64,000 bases of DNA from Candidatus Latescibacterota bacterium (GCA_965204745.1 OZ242010.1:1600001-1664000), one strand, 5' to 3'. Shown: positions 37,944 through 51,394, counted from the stretch's first letter. The notes: generated by a model from the letters alone, not told the origin. Translations and numbers: made by a program.

Positions 37944-38186
37944 CTATGGATGTGCAATTAACGCGCGCAGGGCTTTGTTCACAGATTCAGAATTGGGAAA
38001 GTGGCGTTTTACGTCTGGGTCGAGCATGACAGAGCCATCTTCGGGTGTAAAGTAGTGAACTTCTGTGGTGCCATCCCGTTTGTCTATTTGGACAGCATGC
38101 CCCTGACGATACGCCCGATGGTGTTTTCCGAGAACACCGCCGGAGAAATCGCATTCTGCCTGCATTTCATTTTGTTTGTCATCCAT
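37944..38186 (-). CDS. BrnA-like antitoxin / small DNA-binding protein (80 aa)
   Basis: ECDFSGGVLGKH...VMLDPDVKRHFPNSESVNKALRAL; AAGGAG RBS. Confidence 0.7.
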   Translation of the reverse strand: MDDKQNEMQAECDFSGGVLGKHHRAYRQGHAVQIDKRDGTTEVHYFTPEDGSVMLDPDVKRHFPNSESVNKALRALIAHP

Positions 38187-38213
38187 AGTCTTGTCGCTCC
38201 TTTTTCGTTGGTC

Positions 38214-38242
38214 ATTATACTCAGTTGACGGCGAATCGTCAA
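38214..38242 (-). promoter_or_regulatory. Sigma70 promoter with overlapping palindrome
   Basis: TTGACG-N17-TATAAT; TTGACG-N6-CGTCAA palindrome over the -35. Confidence 0.8.
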
Positions 38243-38305
38243 GTGAGCGTGGGATGAGATACGGACGGGATTGAACGAATCGAGGCAGAAAAATCAATCG
38301 GATAC

Positions 38306-38339
38306 AAAAAAGAGCGACGGGGCTTTCGACCCGCCGCTC
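38306..38339 (-). terminator. Intrinsic terminator of the sigma/mini-RNAP operon
   Basis: GAGCGGCGGG/CCCGTCGCTC stem then T6, 11 bp after the stop codon. Confidence 0.85.
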
Positions 38340-38350
38340 GGTTGTGCGGT

Positions 38351-41518
<3,168 letters not shown>

Positions 41519-41560
41519 CTATTGTGTGATCGGGTGAACGCGGAGGCATCGCCCCTACGA

Positions 41561-42154
41561 TTACCGAAAATCCTTCAATCTCGAAAATTCCGATGCGAGT
41601 TGCTTGCGGGCGTGGAACAGGCGGGATTTGACCGTGCCTTCTGGAATCGCGAGCCGTTCGGCGGCTTCTCGGAGCGTGACCTCGTCTTCGTACACCAGTT
41701 GAAACACCTCGCGTTTTTCCTCGGGCAATGCGTCGATCAACTCCTGCAACACGCGCCGCTGTTCTGCGCGTTCCAGTTGCACGTCCGGGCCCAGTGCGGC
41801 GCGGTCGATCATCCACCCCGGAACCGGGCGTTCTTCGTCCTCATCATCGTGGAGCGATGGCATGTGCAAGGGCTGTTCCCTGCGGCGATTTTTGCTCCGC
41901 AACTGATTCAGCGCGAGATTTTTCGCCATGCGAAACAACCACCCGCGAAATGACCCGCGCCCAGACCATTGCTCGGCCCGATTCCAAACGCGGAGAAAGA
42001 CCTCTTGCGTCAAATCATCCGCCGCACTCGCGTCGCTCACCATCCAATATATCAACTCGGTCACTCGCGCCTGATAACGCGCAAACAAAAGCGAAAACGC
42101 CGCTTCGTCCCGCGCCACAATTCGCTGCATTAAGATGGCGTCCGAAGGCGTCAT
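41561..42154 (-). CDS. ECF-type RNA polymerase sigma factor
   Basis: Region 2 ADDLTQEVFLRVW..FRGWLFRMAKNLALN; region 4 LPEEKREVFQL..EAAERLAIPEGTVKSRLFHAR. Confidence 0.95.
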   Translation of the reverse strand: MTPSDAILMQRIVARDEAAFSLLFARYQARVTELIYWMVSDASAADDLTQEVFLRVWNRAEQWSGRGSFRGWLFRMAKNLALNQLRSKNRRREQPLHMPSLHDDEDEERPVPGWMIDRAALGPDVQLERAEQRRVLQELIDALPEEKREVFQLVYEDEVTLREAAERLAIPEGTVKSRLFHARKQLASEFSRLKDFR

Positions 42155-42380
42155 GCGTGCCTCACCTCGCTACCCTGTTGCCTGTGCGTGCCCATCCTTT
42201 CCGCCCATCCGCCCGTGCGGCCTCACCTCGCCGCCGCCCGTGCGTGCCCGGCCCCAAGCGGTCAGCGGTAAGATGGGCGTTTTGCCACGAGCGGGGTACA
42301 ACTGGCGATAGCCCGTTCAAAGGTGATCCGGGTGTAGTCCAGAGATACAAGGAGAGACAGAAAAGTCGGTCTGTGGGGAA

Positions 42381-42408
42381 TGGACACCGCTCGGTGCGGA
42401 GGGGTTCA
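42381..42408 (-). promoter_or_regulatory. Putative ECF-type promoter
   Basis: TGAACC-N17-GTCCA, about 225 bp upstream of the sigma ATG. Confidence 0.55.
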
Positions 42409-42437
42409 AAAATAGTGCGTGCCCGGCCCCTGCCGCA

Positions 42438-42503
42438 GTGTCTGAATCGCGGATTAAACGGATTACGCGGATTGCGCGGATTACCCCACACCGCCCTACC
42501 GCC
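42438..42503. repeat. 66-bp repeat containing CGGATT(A/G)CG nonamer units
   Basis: Exact reverse complement of 51467-51532. Confidence 0.9.
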
Positions 42504-42504
42504 A

Positions 42505-43480
42505 TAGCCCTATCCCCCCGGCCCCCGTTATTCGCTTCGCTCATTGTAGGCTACGCCTGTGCCTACAAGGAAAGGGGGAGCACATGGCTTTTTGAAGGTT
42601 TGTATCCCTGGCTGTTCTGATGGCTTTGGGCGAATGGATCGCGCCATGAAAATGCGACCTATCCCCCCGGCCCCCGTTATTCGCTTCGCTCATTGTAGGC
42701 TACGCCTGTGCCTACAAGGAAAGGGGAGCACATGGCTTTCTTAAAGGTTTGCATCCAGGCCTGTTCTGATGGCTTTGAGCGAATGGATCACGCCATAGAA
42801 ACCCAAACCCCCTCGCGCAAATCCCTCGCAAGACCTACCCCCTGGCCCCCTTCCTCGCAGGAAGGGGGCCAGGGGGTAGGTCCCACCTCGCAAGCCCTAT
42901 CCCCCGGCCCCCGTTATTCGCTTCGCTCATTGTAGGCTACGCCTGTGCCTACAAGGAAAGGGGGAGCGCATGGCTTTCTTGAAGGGTTGTATCCCTGGCT
43001 GTTTTGATGGCTTTGCGCGAATGGATCATGCCATGAACCCCCCAAAACCTCTCGCCATTCCCCTCGCAAAACCTCTCGCCATTCCCCCTTCCTCGTAGGA
43101 AGGGGGCCAGGGGGTAGGTCCCACCTCGCAAGCCCTATCCCCCGGCCCCCGTTATTCGCTTCGCTCATTGTAGGCTACGCCTGTGCCTACAAGGAAAGGG
43201 GGAGCGCATGGCTTTCTTGAAGGGTTGTATCCCTGGCTGTTTTGATGGCTTTGCGCGAATGGATCATGCCATGAAAATGCGACCTATCCCCCCGGCCCCC
43301 TTTCCTTGTAGGAAAGGGGGAGCGTATGGCTTTCTTGAAGGTTTGTATCCCTGGCTGTTCTGATGGCTTTGCGCGAATGGATCGCGCCATGAACCCCAAA
43401 AAACCTCTCGCCATTCCCTCGGAAAACCTCTCGCCATTCCCCCCTTCCTCGCAGGAAGGGGGGTTAGGGGGGTAGGTCCC
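42505..43480. repeat. ~1-kb mosaic of palindromic REP/BIME-like units
   Basis: Four copies of CCTATCCCCCGGCCCCCGTTATTCGCTTCGCTCATTGTAGGCTACGCCTGTGCCTACAAGGAAAGGGG; five of ATGGCTTT..ATCCCTGGCTGTT..GAATGGATC..GCCAT; hairpins CCCCCTTCCTCG(C/T)AGGAAGGGGG. Confidence 0.92.
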
Positions 43481-43517
43481 AAAAGTAAAGCCCGAGTTCA
43501 CTGTGAACCCGGGCTTT
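43481..43517. terminator. Probable bidirectional terminator after the giant surface protein gene
   Basis: AAAGCCCGAGTTCAC/GTGAACCCGGGCTTT stem with A- and T-rich flanks. Confidence 0.7.
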
Positions 43518-43546
43518 TGTTTTTCCTTTCGCGTCTTTCGCATTTG

Positions 43547-46500
43547 TCAGCCTGATGAGCCAAAGTCGGCGGCGAAGATGAGGAAATCGTCAAAGTCAAT
43601 TTGACCATCGCCATTGAGATCGCACCGGGGGTCATATCGCTCCTGACCGAGGCGCGAGCCGAACTTGCCCGCAAAGGTCAAGAAGTCGGCGAAATTTACA
43701 ACCCCATCGCCATCGAGGTCGGGCGAGGGGAGTGAGACTTCGAGCGTGAAGGGTAGCGAGGCCACATCGCCATCGGCGTCTAACGCGCTCAAGGTGTAGG
43801 TCGCCTGGGCCTTCGCCTCACTCGGCATGCCGGAAAGCGTGCGCGTGGTCGGGTCAAACGATAGGCCATCTGGGAGGAATGGCAAGAGGATATAGACCAA
43901 CATGCCATCGCCACTGCTCGCTTGCGGGAGCGTGAGGGACGCGATCTCTTGGTTGACGAGATAGCTTTGTGCGGCGATGGTCGTATCGCCAAAAGTGGGC
44001 ACCAAGTTCGGGATTTCAAGGGTGAACGTGAGAGGGGCCGAATCGCCATTGCCATCTGTGGCGGTCAGCGTGTAGGTCGTCTCGTCCATGGCCTTGATCG
44101 GTGTGCCAGACAAGGTGAGCGTTTCGGCGTCAAAGGTCAAGCCCTCGGGCAACGCGGGGGTCAATGCGTAGGTCAGTGGGTCATCGCCACCGGTTGCTTG
44201 CGGGAGCGTCAAGGACGCGATCTCTCGATGTTGCATATAGACCTGTGCGGCGACGGTCGTATCGCCAAAGGTCGGTATTGGATCGGTCGTTACAGAGAGG
44301 GTGAACGTCAGGGTCGCCGCGTCGCCATCGCTGTCTGTGGCGGTCAGCGTATAGATCGTTTCGTCCGTTGCCTCGAGCGGTGTGCCAGACAATTCCCGGG
44401 TCTCGGCATTGAAGTTCAAGCCCTCGGGCAGATCCGGGGTCAGTGCATAGGTCAGCGGGTCATCGCCACCGGTCGCTTGCGGGAGCGTCAAGGACGTGAT
44501 CTCTTGCTTCCGCGTATAGGCCAGTGTATCCACACTCGCATCGCCGAAGGAGGGCGCCACGTTCCCGATGATGGTGAGGAAGAAGCTCATGGTGCCCTCA
44601 TCGCCATCTTCATCTGTGGCGGTCAGGGTGTAGATCGCTTTTTCTATCGCCTCGAGCGGTGTGCCAGATACGGTGCGCGTCTCAGCATCGAAGCTCAACC
44701 CATCGGGCAGACCCGTCAGGGTGTAGGTTAGGTCCCCATTGCCATCTGTTGCCGCGGGCAAGGTCAGCGGATCGATGGCCTGGTTTTGCCGATAGCTTTG
44801 CGGATCAACCGCCTCGGTGAAGGTCGGATCTGTATCCGGATCCGGTTCTGGCTCTGGATCCGTCGGATCTGTGGGTGTGGGCGCCTGGTCGTCGTTGGTG
44901 ATCGTGCCGGTGCCGGTCGCCACAGCCAAGGCCGCGCTGACCGGGTTGCTCAGCGTCACGACCACGGTCTCATCCGGTTCTACCGCTCCATCGCCGATGA
45001 CCGAGATGTCGATGGTCTTGCTCGTTTCGCCAACCGCGAAGGTCAGGGTCCCTGCGGCGAGCGCGTCGTAGTCCGTTCCCGAAGTCGCGTTGCCAGTGCC
45101 AGCGTCTGCATACGCCACCGTCACTTGTAACCCACTCGCCGAACTCAGCGAAACCGTGAAGCGGAGAGTGGGAGACGTCCCTGCCGCGCCCTCGGCCACG
45201 CTGGGCGAATCGATGCGTAGCACGGCCGCGTCATCATCGATGATCCTCCCCATCCCTGTCACACCGCCTAAGCTGCTGCTCAGGCTCACGGCCACGGTCT
45301 CATTGGGTTCATCCATTGTATCGTCGAGCACGGAAACGGCAAAGGTCTGCGTGGTCGCGCCTATCGCGAAGGTCAGGGTCCCTGCGGCGAACGCGGTGTA
45401 ATCCGTCCCCGAAGTCGCGCTACCGGTGCCCGCGTCTGCATACGTCACCGTCACCGCTGCCGTGTGCGCCGGGATTAGGTACACCCGAAAGGTTAGGGTC
45501 GCGCCGGTCGCGCCTTCAATCACGCTGGGCGAACCGATACTCAGCGCAGACGAGCCATCGTTGTCGATAATCGTCCCGGTGCCGGTGAGGCTCGTCGCAC
45601 CGCCATTCAAGGTGGCATTGACCGCGCTGCTCAACGTCACCACCACGGTCTCGTTCGGATCAACAGCCGAGTCGTCGGTCACAGTAACATCGAAAGTCCG
45701 CTCGGTCTGCCCTGGCCCAAAGATCAGGAGCCCCCCGGTAAGCGCGGTGTAGTCCGTCCCCGAAGTCGCGGTGCCCGTGCCCGCATCGGCATACGACACC
45801 GTCACCAGTTTGTAGCTCACTTTATTCAATCTGACGGTGAACCTCATGGTAGTGCCCTCGACCGCACTCGGCGAACTGATCGAGAGCATCGGCGGCGCGT
45901 CATCATCGGTGATCGTTACCGACGCCCCGGTCACGCTCCCGGTGCCTTGGCTATTGGTCATCACGCCCGTCACCGTCGTAGCGTTGTCCGCCGCGTCTAT
46001 GTCGTTGTCCACGCCGGTGATCGTCACGGCGTCCGTGCTCGTCGTCGCGTCCGCCGCGATGACGATGGTGTTGTCCGAACCCACCGTATAGACATTCGTT
46101 ACCGCCGTCACTGTGATCGTCGTCGCCGCGCTCGATGTATGCGACAGGGTCGCGCTCACCATCGCCACGCCGCCGTTCTCCGAAAAGGACAGCGGCGACG
46201 CGCTCAGGGTCGCGTCCGGCGGATCGTCGTCGTCTGTCAGCGTCAATGCCGTGCCGCCGATTATACTGGCCGTGCCTTGGGTGTTGCGCGCCACAACGGA
46301 CATGGTCACATTGCGATTAGGCTCGTCTCGGGTGTTGTTCATCGCAGTGATGACCACATTGTCCGACGCGTTCGCCGTGCTCCCGGCCGCGATGGTAATC
46401 GTCGAATCCGCCCCCACCGTGTAAGCACCCGCCACCGGGCGCACCGTGATCGTCGTGATCGCGCTCGACTTGTGAGATAGCGTCGCTGTCACCGTCGAAA

Positions 46501-49500
46501 CCGCGCCGTTCTCTGAAATCGACGCGGGATTCGACGTCAATGTCACCGTCGGCGCGGCCTCATCATCGGTGATCGTCAACGTCTCGGGAGACGATAGCGA
46601 CGCCATATTGCCACCCGTCACCGTTGCAGACACGGTCACGCTCTTGTCAGGCGCGTCAGTCGTGTCGTTCACCGAGGTGATCGTCACGGCGCCCGTGCTC
46701 GTCGTCGCATTCGCCGCGAAGGTCAGCGTGGTCGCGGTCGATAGCGTAAAATCGCCCGCAACCGCAGGGGCCACAGGTGTCGCTGAAACCGTGACCGTCG
46801 CCGCCGCGGTTGCGGTGCGATCTAGCGTCGCTGTGATCGTGGAAACCTGGGCATTCTCCGTAATCGACGCCGGAGTCAAAACCAACGTCACCTGCGGCAC
46901 GTCGTCATCGACAAGCGTCAGCGTCGCATCAGTGACCGTTCCCGTGCCCACGTTGTTGCCCACCGTGCTCGACACGGTCACCGTCTTGTTCCCCGTAGCA
47001 TCGGCATTATTCACCCCTGTGATCGTCACGGTGCCCGTGCTCGTCGTTTGCCCCGCCGCGACGAGCAGCGTGTCCGCCGTGCTCAGCGTGTAATCGCCTG
47101 CAACAGCAGGTTGCACAGGCGCCACTGTCACCGTAATCGTCGTCGGATCGCTCGACGTGTGAGACAGCCGTGCGGTCACGGTCGAGATACCGCCGTTCTC
47201 TGCAATCGACGCAGGCGACACAACCATCGTCACAGTCGGCGGGTCGTCGTCGTCCGTCAGCGTTATAGTGCCGGTCACACTACCCGCGCCTTGGGCGTTG
47301 CGCGACACACCGGACAAGTCCACGGTGCGATTAATCTCATCTCGGGTGTTGTCCACCGATGTGATGACCACCGTATCCGACGCGTTTATCGTGTCCCCCG
47401 CCGCGATGGTGATCGTCGTATCCGTCGCCGACACCGTGTAAGCACCCGCCACCGAGCGCACCGTGATCGTCGTCGCCGCGCTCGATGGGCGCGATAGCGA
47501 CGCCATCACTGTCGAAGCCGCGGCGTTCTCCGAAATCGACGCGGGATTCGGCGTCAGCGTCACCATCGGCGCAAGGTCGTCGTCGTCCAGCGTCAAAGTT
47601 GCCCCGGTTACCCTGCCCGAGACTTGGCTGTTGTGCATCACAACGGGCATGGTCACATTGCGATTAGGCTCGTCTTGGGTATTGTTCACCGCTGTGATAA
47701 CCACCGTGTCCGACGCGTTCGCCGTGCTCCCGGCCGCGATGGTGATCGTCGAATCCGCCGGCACCGTGTAAGCACCCGCCACCGGGCGCACCGTGATCGT
47801 CGTCGCGCTCGACGACAACGACCGTGACAGCGTCGCGGTCACGGTACTCATCCCGCCGTTTTCCGAGATCGACGAGGGCGTCAGTGCCAACGTCACGACC
47901 ACGGGTTGGAGGTTAAATTGCACGGCGGGATCCTTGCCGGCATACTTCAAGGCCGGATACTGATTCGTCGCGCCAAAGGCCCACGGGTCGTCGTCCGTCG
48001 GGTTCCAGCTTGCGTAGATGCCGGTGTAGCCGAGGGGGGTCTGGAGTTCGGCGGTGGTTTTGCCAGCGACGGTTACAGAGGAGCCGGATTGGCTGCCGAC
48101 GCACGGGAGGGTCGTGCGATGAACCGTGCTGTCGCAGTAGGTGTAGGACATCATGCTACCGGCGTTGGCGACACTCCCGACAAATCCGCCGATGACGTTG
48201 GTGGCATCGGCAGTGCCGGACACGTCACCGGCGGCGTAGGCAGCGGTGATCCTGCCGCTGACGGGGTTGCCCATGATCGCTGTGTGGTTGCCTACTAGCC
48301 CGCCCAAGGAGAGGCTGGTATAGGTTCCGCCATCGACGGATGCCGTGGCGTAGGCTTCGGTGATCGTGCCGAAGTTGTTGCCCGCCAACCCGCCCACATG
48401 AGTGCCATTGATGATGGTGGAGACGGAACCGCCTTGTACGTAACTGGCAGTCACCGAACCTATGGAGTTGATTTGACCCACCAGAATGGCAAGGGCGTCA
48501 TTGGGGTTGGCGCCGCCACTCACGCGGGCGTTTATCATCCCCACCTCCCGGATAGAACCGCTCAGAGCAGTGAATAGGCCAGTAGAACCGGCGTAGTTGG
48601 TGATGGTCATGCGGGTAATGGTATGGCCGTTGCCGTTGAATGCGGCGGTATATGTCGGGATGGGGGTCCAACTGGGGTAGGTGTCGTCGGCGTCCACGTC
48701 GGAATCGCTGTCCGTGTCGAAGTCCAGGTCGCTGAGCAGTTCGTAGCCGGTGCATCTCAAGAAGCAACCCATAGGGGTGGCGGTGGCGGTGTCCCGGTTG
48801 GAAAAAGCGGTGTTGTAGGCGGTCGTATCGCTGGTCGAGGCACTTGTGTCTATGGCACCATCGCCATTGAGATCCCAGCGCATGGCGTTGAGTTGTGCCA
48901 AGGACGAGACCTCGATGAGGCCATCGGTATCGCTATCGTAACTCGGTGTCCCTGGGACGCCCATGACCTCGGCCGAGGGTGCATCGCGCACACCGGTCTT
49001 GGTGGCAAGGACACGCACTGTGTAGGTCGTCCCCGACGTCAAGGAGAGAATCTTGTGGAGCGTATCCGTGGTGGCGGCCTCACGCATGGTGTCGTAGCTT
49101 TGCATGCCGGATTTCCACTGCACCTTGTACCCCGTCGCGCGACTCGCCGCACGCCAGTACACGTTCAAGCTGTCCGTATTGGACGTCACGGCCACCTCCG
49201 GTTGCCCGGGCGGTTGCAACGCAAGTTGCGCGGTGGTGTCCAGGCCGGCATACTTCAACACGGGGTACCGATCCGTCGCGCCAAAGTACCACGGATCGTC
49301 GTTGCCCGTTTGCCCGTCCAGATTTTGGTTCCAGTTGGCGTAGATGCTACCGGTATAGCCGGTGGGGCTTTGGAGGGCACTGGTGGTTTGAGCGCCCGTG
49401 GTGCTGGTGCTGGTTCCAGCGGTGGTGTCCAGGCCGGTGGTTTGTCTGTCCCAGTAGCTGTTGGTCATCGGGTTGGCTGTACCACCCTGTTGTGCCGCCA

Positions 49501-50806
49501 GGCCTCCGGCGGCCGTGGTGCCAGTGCTGGTGTTGGAAACAGCGCCGATAGCATAGACGGCGCTTATCGAGTTCGCGGTATTGACGGTCGCGCGGCCTAT
49601 CAGACCGCCCGCTTTGACGCCGGTGCCGCTCCCAGAAACGTTCCCGGTTGCGTAGCTGGAGCGCAGGTATTCGCCACTACCGAGAATTATCTCCCCTATC
49701 AGGCCGCCCACTTTGAGGCTGAGGGCGTCGGTAGCACCGGTGCCGGTGCCACTACCGGAAACGTTCCCAGTCGCGTAGGTGGCGTAGCTGGGACCCCGCA
49801 TTTCCCCTATCAGGCCGCCCACTCTGCCGAGGCCGGTGGCGGAAACGTTCCCAGTCGCGTAGCTGACGCTGACCCGGGAACTGGTCCAACCGATCAGGCC
49901 ACCGGCGGTGATGGTGCCGGTAAAAGTACCGGTGATGGTGACCGTCCCAGTGGCGTAGGTGGAGTCGACGGTACTGGTGGCTACCCCGATCAGGCCGCCG
50001 GCGAAATGCGAATTGTTGTTCGTTCCGAATACATTGCAGGTGGCGTAGCTATCGCTGACGGTCCCAAGAGAGTAGCCCAACAGACAGCCGATATAGCTAA
50101 AACTGCCACTGGCACTGCTGGGGTTGTGGGTTACGGAGCCGCCGGCAACGTAGCTCCCGCGCACCGTGCCGCCGCTACTGAGGCGACCCGCCAAGGCACC
50201 GGTTCGACCAAAGTTGTTCGAACTGGAGGTGGAAGTGCGGGTGTTGGTGACATTCACGTCCAACAAGCCCACATCTCTAATCGTGCCGCTGACATCGCCG
50301 AACAGACCGACGAAACCGCCACCGGTGGCGGTGCTGGTGCTGTCAGCGATAAACAAGTTGGAAATGGTGTTGTCATTGCCATCAAAGGTGGCGGTGAAGA
50401 GGGTTGCAGCACCGGTGGACGCAACACCGATGGGCGTCCAGCCAGCACCGCTGTTCCAGTAGGTGGCGTCTGCTGAGGTGATCTGGTCATCGTTGTTCTC
50501 GTCAAAGTCCAGGTTGCCCATCAACTCGTAGCCGGTGCAGGTAGCGGCGCAACCCATGCGGGTGGCGGTGGCGGTATCTCGGCCGGAAAAGGCGGCGTTG
50601 TAAGCGGCCGTATCGGCGGTCGAGGCACTTGCGTCTATGGCACCATCGCCGTTGAGGTCCCAGCGAATGGCATTCAGTTGCGCCAAGGTGGTGACGTCAA
50701 TCAGGTTGTCGTTGTCCGTATCGTAGTCGGTTTGGGCAAAAGCCGGCCCCGATGCCATCAGAAAAACCAGCGCGACCATAGCCAACATAGTGTAGCGGGA
50801 CATCAT
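43547..50806 (-). CDS. Giant secreted/surface protein (~2419 aa): two GLUG-rich modules, FN3, Calx-beta-like repeats, Ig-like repeats, C-terminal dockerin/EF-hand pair
   Basis: AAGGAG RBS and signal peptide (AFA|Q); duplicated YD.D.D.LI.V..LAQLNA.RWDLNGDG; repeated SYATGNVS..GGLIG; GTATSGTDY..DPNETVVVTL; LPEGLTFDAET..LSGTP; PDLDGDGVVNFADFL..CDLNGDGQIDFDDFL. Confidence 0.9.
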   Translation of the reverse strand: MMSRYTMLAMVALVFLMASGPAFAQTDYDTDNDNLIDVTTLAQLNAIRWDLNGDGAIDASASTADTAAYNAAFSGRDTATATRMGCAATCTGYELMGNLDFDENNDDQITSADATYWNSGAGWTPIGVASTGAATLFTATFDGNDNTISNLFIADSTSTATGGGFVGLFGDVSGTIRDVGLLDVNVTNTRTSTSSSNNFGRTGALAGRLSSGGTVRGSYVAGGSVTHNPSSASGSFSYIGCLLGYSLGTVSDSYATCNVFGTNNNSHFAGGLIGVATSTVDSTYATGTVTITGTFTGTITAGGLIGWTSSRVSVSYATGNVSATGLGRVGGLIGEMRGPSYATYATGNVSGSGTGTGATDALSLKVGGLIGEIILGSGEYLRSSYATGNVSGSGTGVKAGGLIGRATVNTANSISAVYAIGAVSNTSTGTTAAGGLAAQQGGTANPMTNSYWDRQTTGLDTTAGTSTSTTGAQTTSALQSPTGYTGSIYANWNQNLDGQTGNDDPWYFGATDRYPVLKYAGLDTTAQLALQPPGQPEVAVTSNTDSLNVYWRAASRATGYKVQWKSGMQSYDTMREAATTDTLHKILSLTSGTTYTVRVLATKTGVRDAPSAEVMGVPGTPSYDSDTDGLIEVSSLAQLNAMRWDLNGDGAIDTSASTSDTTAYNTAFSNRDTATATPMGCFLRCTGYELLSDLDFDTDSDSDVDADDTYPSWTPIPTYTAAFNGNGHTITRMTITNYAGSTGLFTALSGSIREVGMINARVSGGANPNDALAILVGQINSIGSVTASYVQGGSVSTIINGTHVGGLAGNNFGTITEAYATASVDGGTYTSLSLGGLVGNHTAIMGNPVSGRITAAYAAGDVSGTADATNVIGGFVGSVANAGSMMSYTYCDSTVHRTTLPCVGSQSGSSVTVAGKTTAELQTPLGYTGIYASWNPTDDDPWAFGATNQYPALKYAGKDPAVQFNLQPVVVTLALTPSSISENGGMSTVTATLSRSLSSSATTITVRPVAGAYTVPADSTITIAAGSTANASDTVVITAVNNTQDEPNRNVTMPVVMHNSQVSGRVTGATLTLDDDDLAPMVTLTPNPASISENAAASTVMASLSRPSSAATTITVRSVAGAYTVSATDTTITIAAGDTINASDTVVITSVDNTRDEINRTVDLSGVSRNAQGAGSVTGTITLTDDDDPPTVTMVVSPASIAENGGISTVTARLSHTSSDPTTITVTVAPVQPAVAGDYTLSTADTLLVAAGQTTSTGTVTITGVNNADATGNKTVTVSSTVGNNVGTGTVTDATLTLVDDDVPQVTLVLTPASITENAQVSTITATLDRTATAAATVTVSATPVAPAVAGDFTLSTATTLTFAANATTSTGAVTITSVNDTTDAPDKSVTVSATVTGGNMASLSSPETLTITDDEAAPTVTLTSNPASISENGAVSTVTATLSHKSSAITTITVRPVAGAYTVGADSTITIAAGSTANASDNVVITAMNNTRDEPNRNVTMSVVARNTQGTASIIGGTALTLTDDDDPPDATLSASPLSFSENGGVAMVSATLSHTSSAATTITVTAVTNVYTVGSDNTIVIAADATTSTDAVTITGVDNDIDAADNATTVTGVMTNSQGTGSVTGASVTITDDDAPPMLSISSPSAVEGTTMRFTVRLNKVSYKLVTVSYADAGTGTATSGTDYTALTGGLLIFGPGQTERTFDVTVTDDSAVDPNETVVVTLSSAVNATLNGGATSLTGTGTIIDNDGSSALSIGSPSVIEGATGATLTFRVYLIPAHTAAVTVTYADAGTGSATSGTDYTAFAAGTLTFAIGATTQTFAVSVLDDTMDEPNETVAVSLSSSLGGVTGMGRIIDDDAAVLRIDSPSVAEGAAGTSPTLRFTVSLSSASGLQVTVAYADAGTGNATSGTDYDALAAGTLTFAVGETSKTIDISVIGDGAVEPDETVVVTLSNPVSAALAVATGTGTITNDDQAPTPTDPTDPEPEPDPDTDPTFTEAVDPQSYRQNQAIDPLTLPAATDGNGDLTYTLTGLPDGLSFDAETRTVSGTPLEAIEKAIYTLTATDEDGDEGTMSFFLTIIGNVAPSFGDASVDTLAYTRKQEITSLTLPQATGGDDPLTYALTPDLPEGLNFNAETRELSGTPLEATDETIYTLTATDSDGDAATLTFTLSVTTDPIPTFGDTTVAAQVYMQHREIASLTLPQATGGDDPLTYALTPALPEGLTFDAETLTLSGTPIKAMDETTYTLTATDGNGDSAPLTFTLEIPNLVPTFGDTTIAAQSYLVNQEIASLTLPQASSGDGMLVYILLPFLPDGLSFDPTTRTLSGMPSEAKAQATYTLSALDADGDVASLPFTLEVSLPSPDLDGDGVVNFADFLTFAGKFGSRLGQERYDPRCDLNGDGQIDFDDFLIFAADFGSSG

Positions 50807-51050
50807 ATCAGACTCCTTTGCAATGAAATAGAAGCACACGCCAAGATGGGGATGGGCGACATGAACGCCTGTTTTCGCAGGAGAACGGCGGCCTCCAAAC
50901 AGGTTTGAACAACGCCGAAAAATGGCAGTCAACATGTGAATCCTCCCGAAAAATAGAACGAGTTGCACAGGCATGGCTTTTGCCTGCGGGAAAAAAATAA
51001 CGACGGTTGGGAAAGTATAAGATGCCAAATCATTTTGTCAAGGGGAAATT

Positions 51051-51394
51051 GGACCTACCCCCTAACCCCCTTCCTGCGAGGAAGGGGGAACTGTGAGCGG
51101 TTTTGCGAGGGATTGCGCGATAGGTTTTTGGGGTTCCATGGCGTGATCCATTCGCGCAAAGCCATCAGAATAGCCAGGGATACAACCCTTCAAGTTGGGA
51201 CCTACCCCCTGGCCCCCTTCCTGCGAGGAAGGGGGAACTGTGAGCGGTTTTGCGAGGGATTGCGCGATAGGTTTTTGGGGTTCCATGGCGTGATCCATTC
51301 GCGCAAAGCCATCAAAACAGCCAGGGATACAAATCTTCAAGAAAGCCATACGCTCCCCCTTTCCTCGTAGGAAAGGGGGCCGGGGGGATAGGTC
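51051..51394. repeat. REP-like mosaic, inverted relative to 42505-43480, with ~147-bp tandem duplication
   Basis: Two near-identical units starting GGACCTACCCCCT at 51051 and 51198. Confidence 0.9.

Noticed and set aside
42505-43480. CRISPR array
   Set aside because: Intervening segments are themselves repeated, period is irregular, and no cas genes are present
42162-43543. Small ORFs across the repeat region (and 51062-51859, 15933-16232, 34771-35143)
   Set aside because: Translations of repeat units; only the 3' part of 42162-42491 might be a leader peptide and this is unsupported
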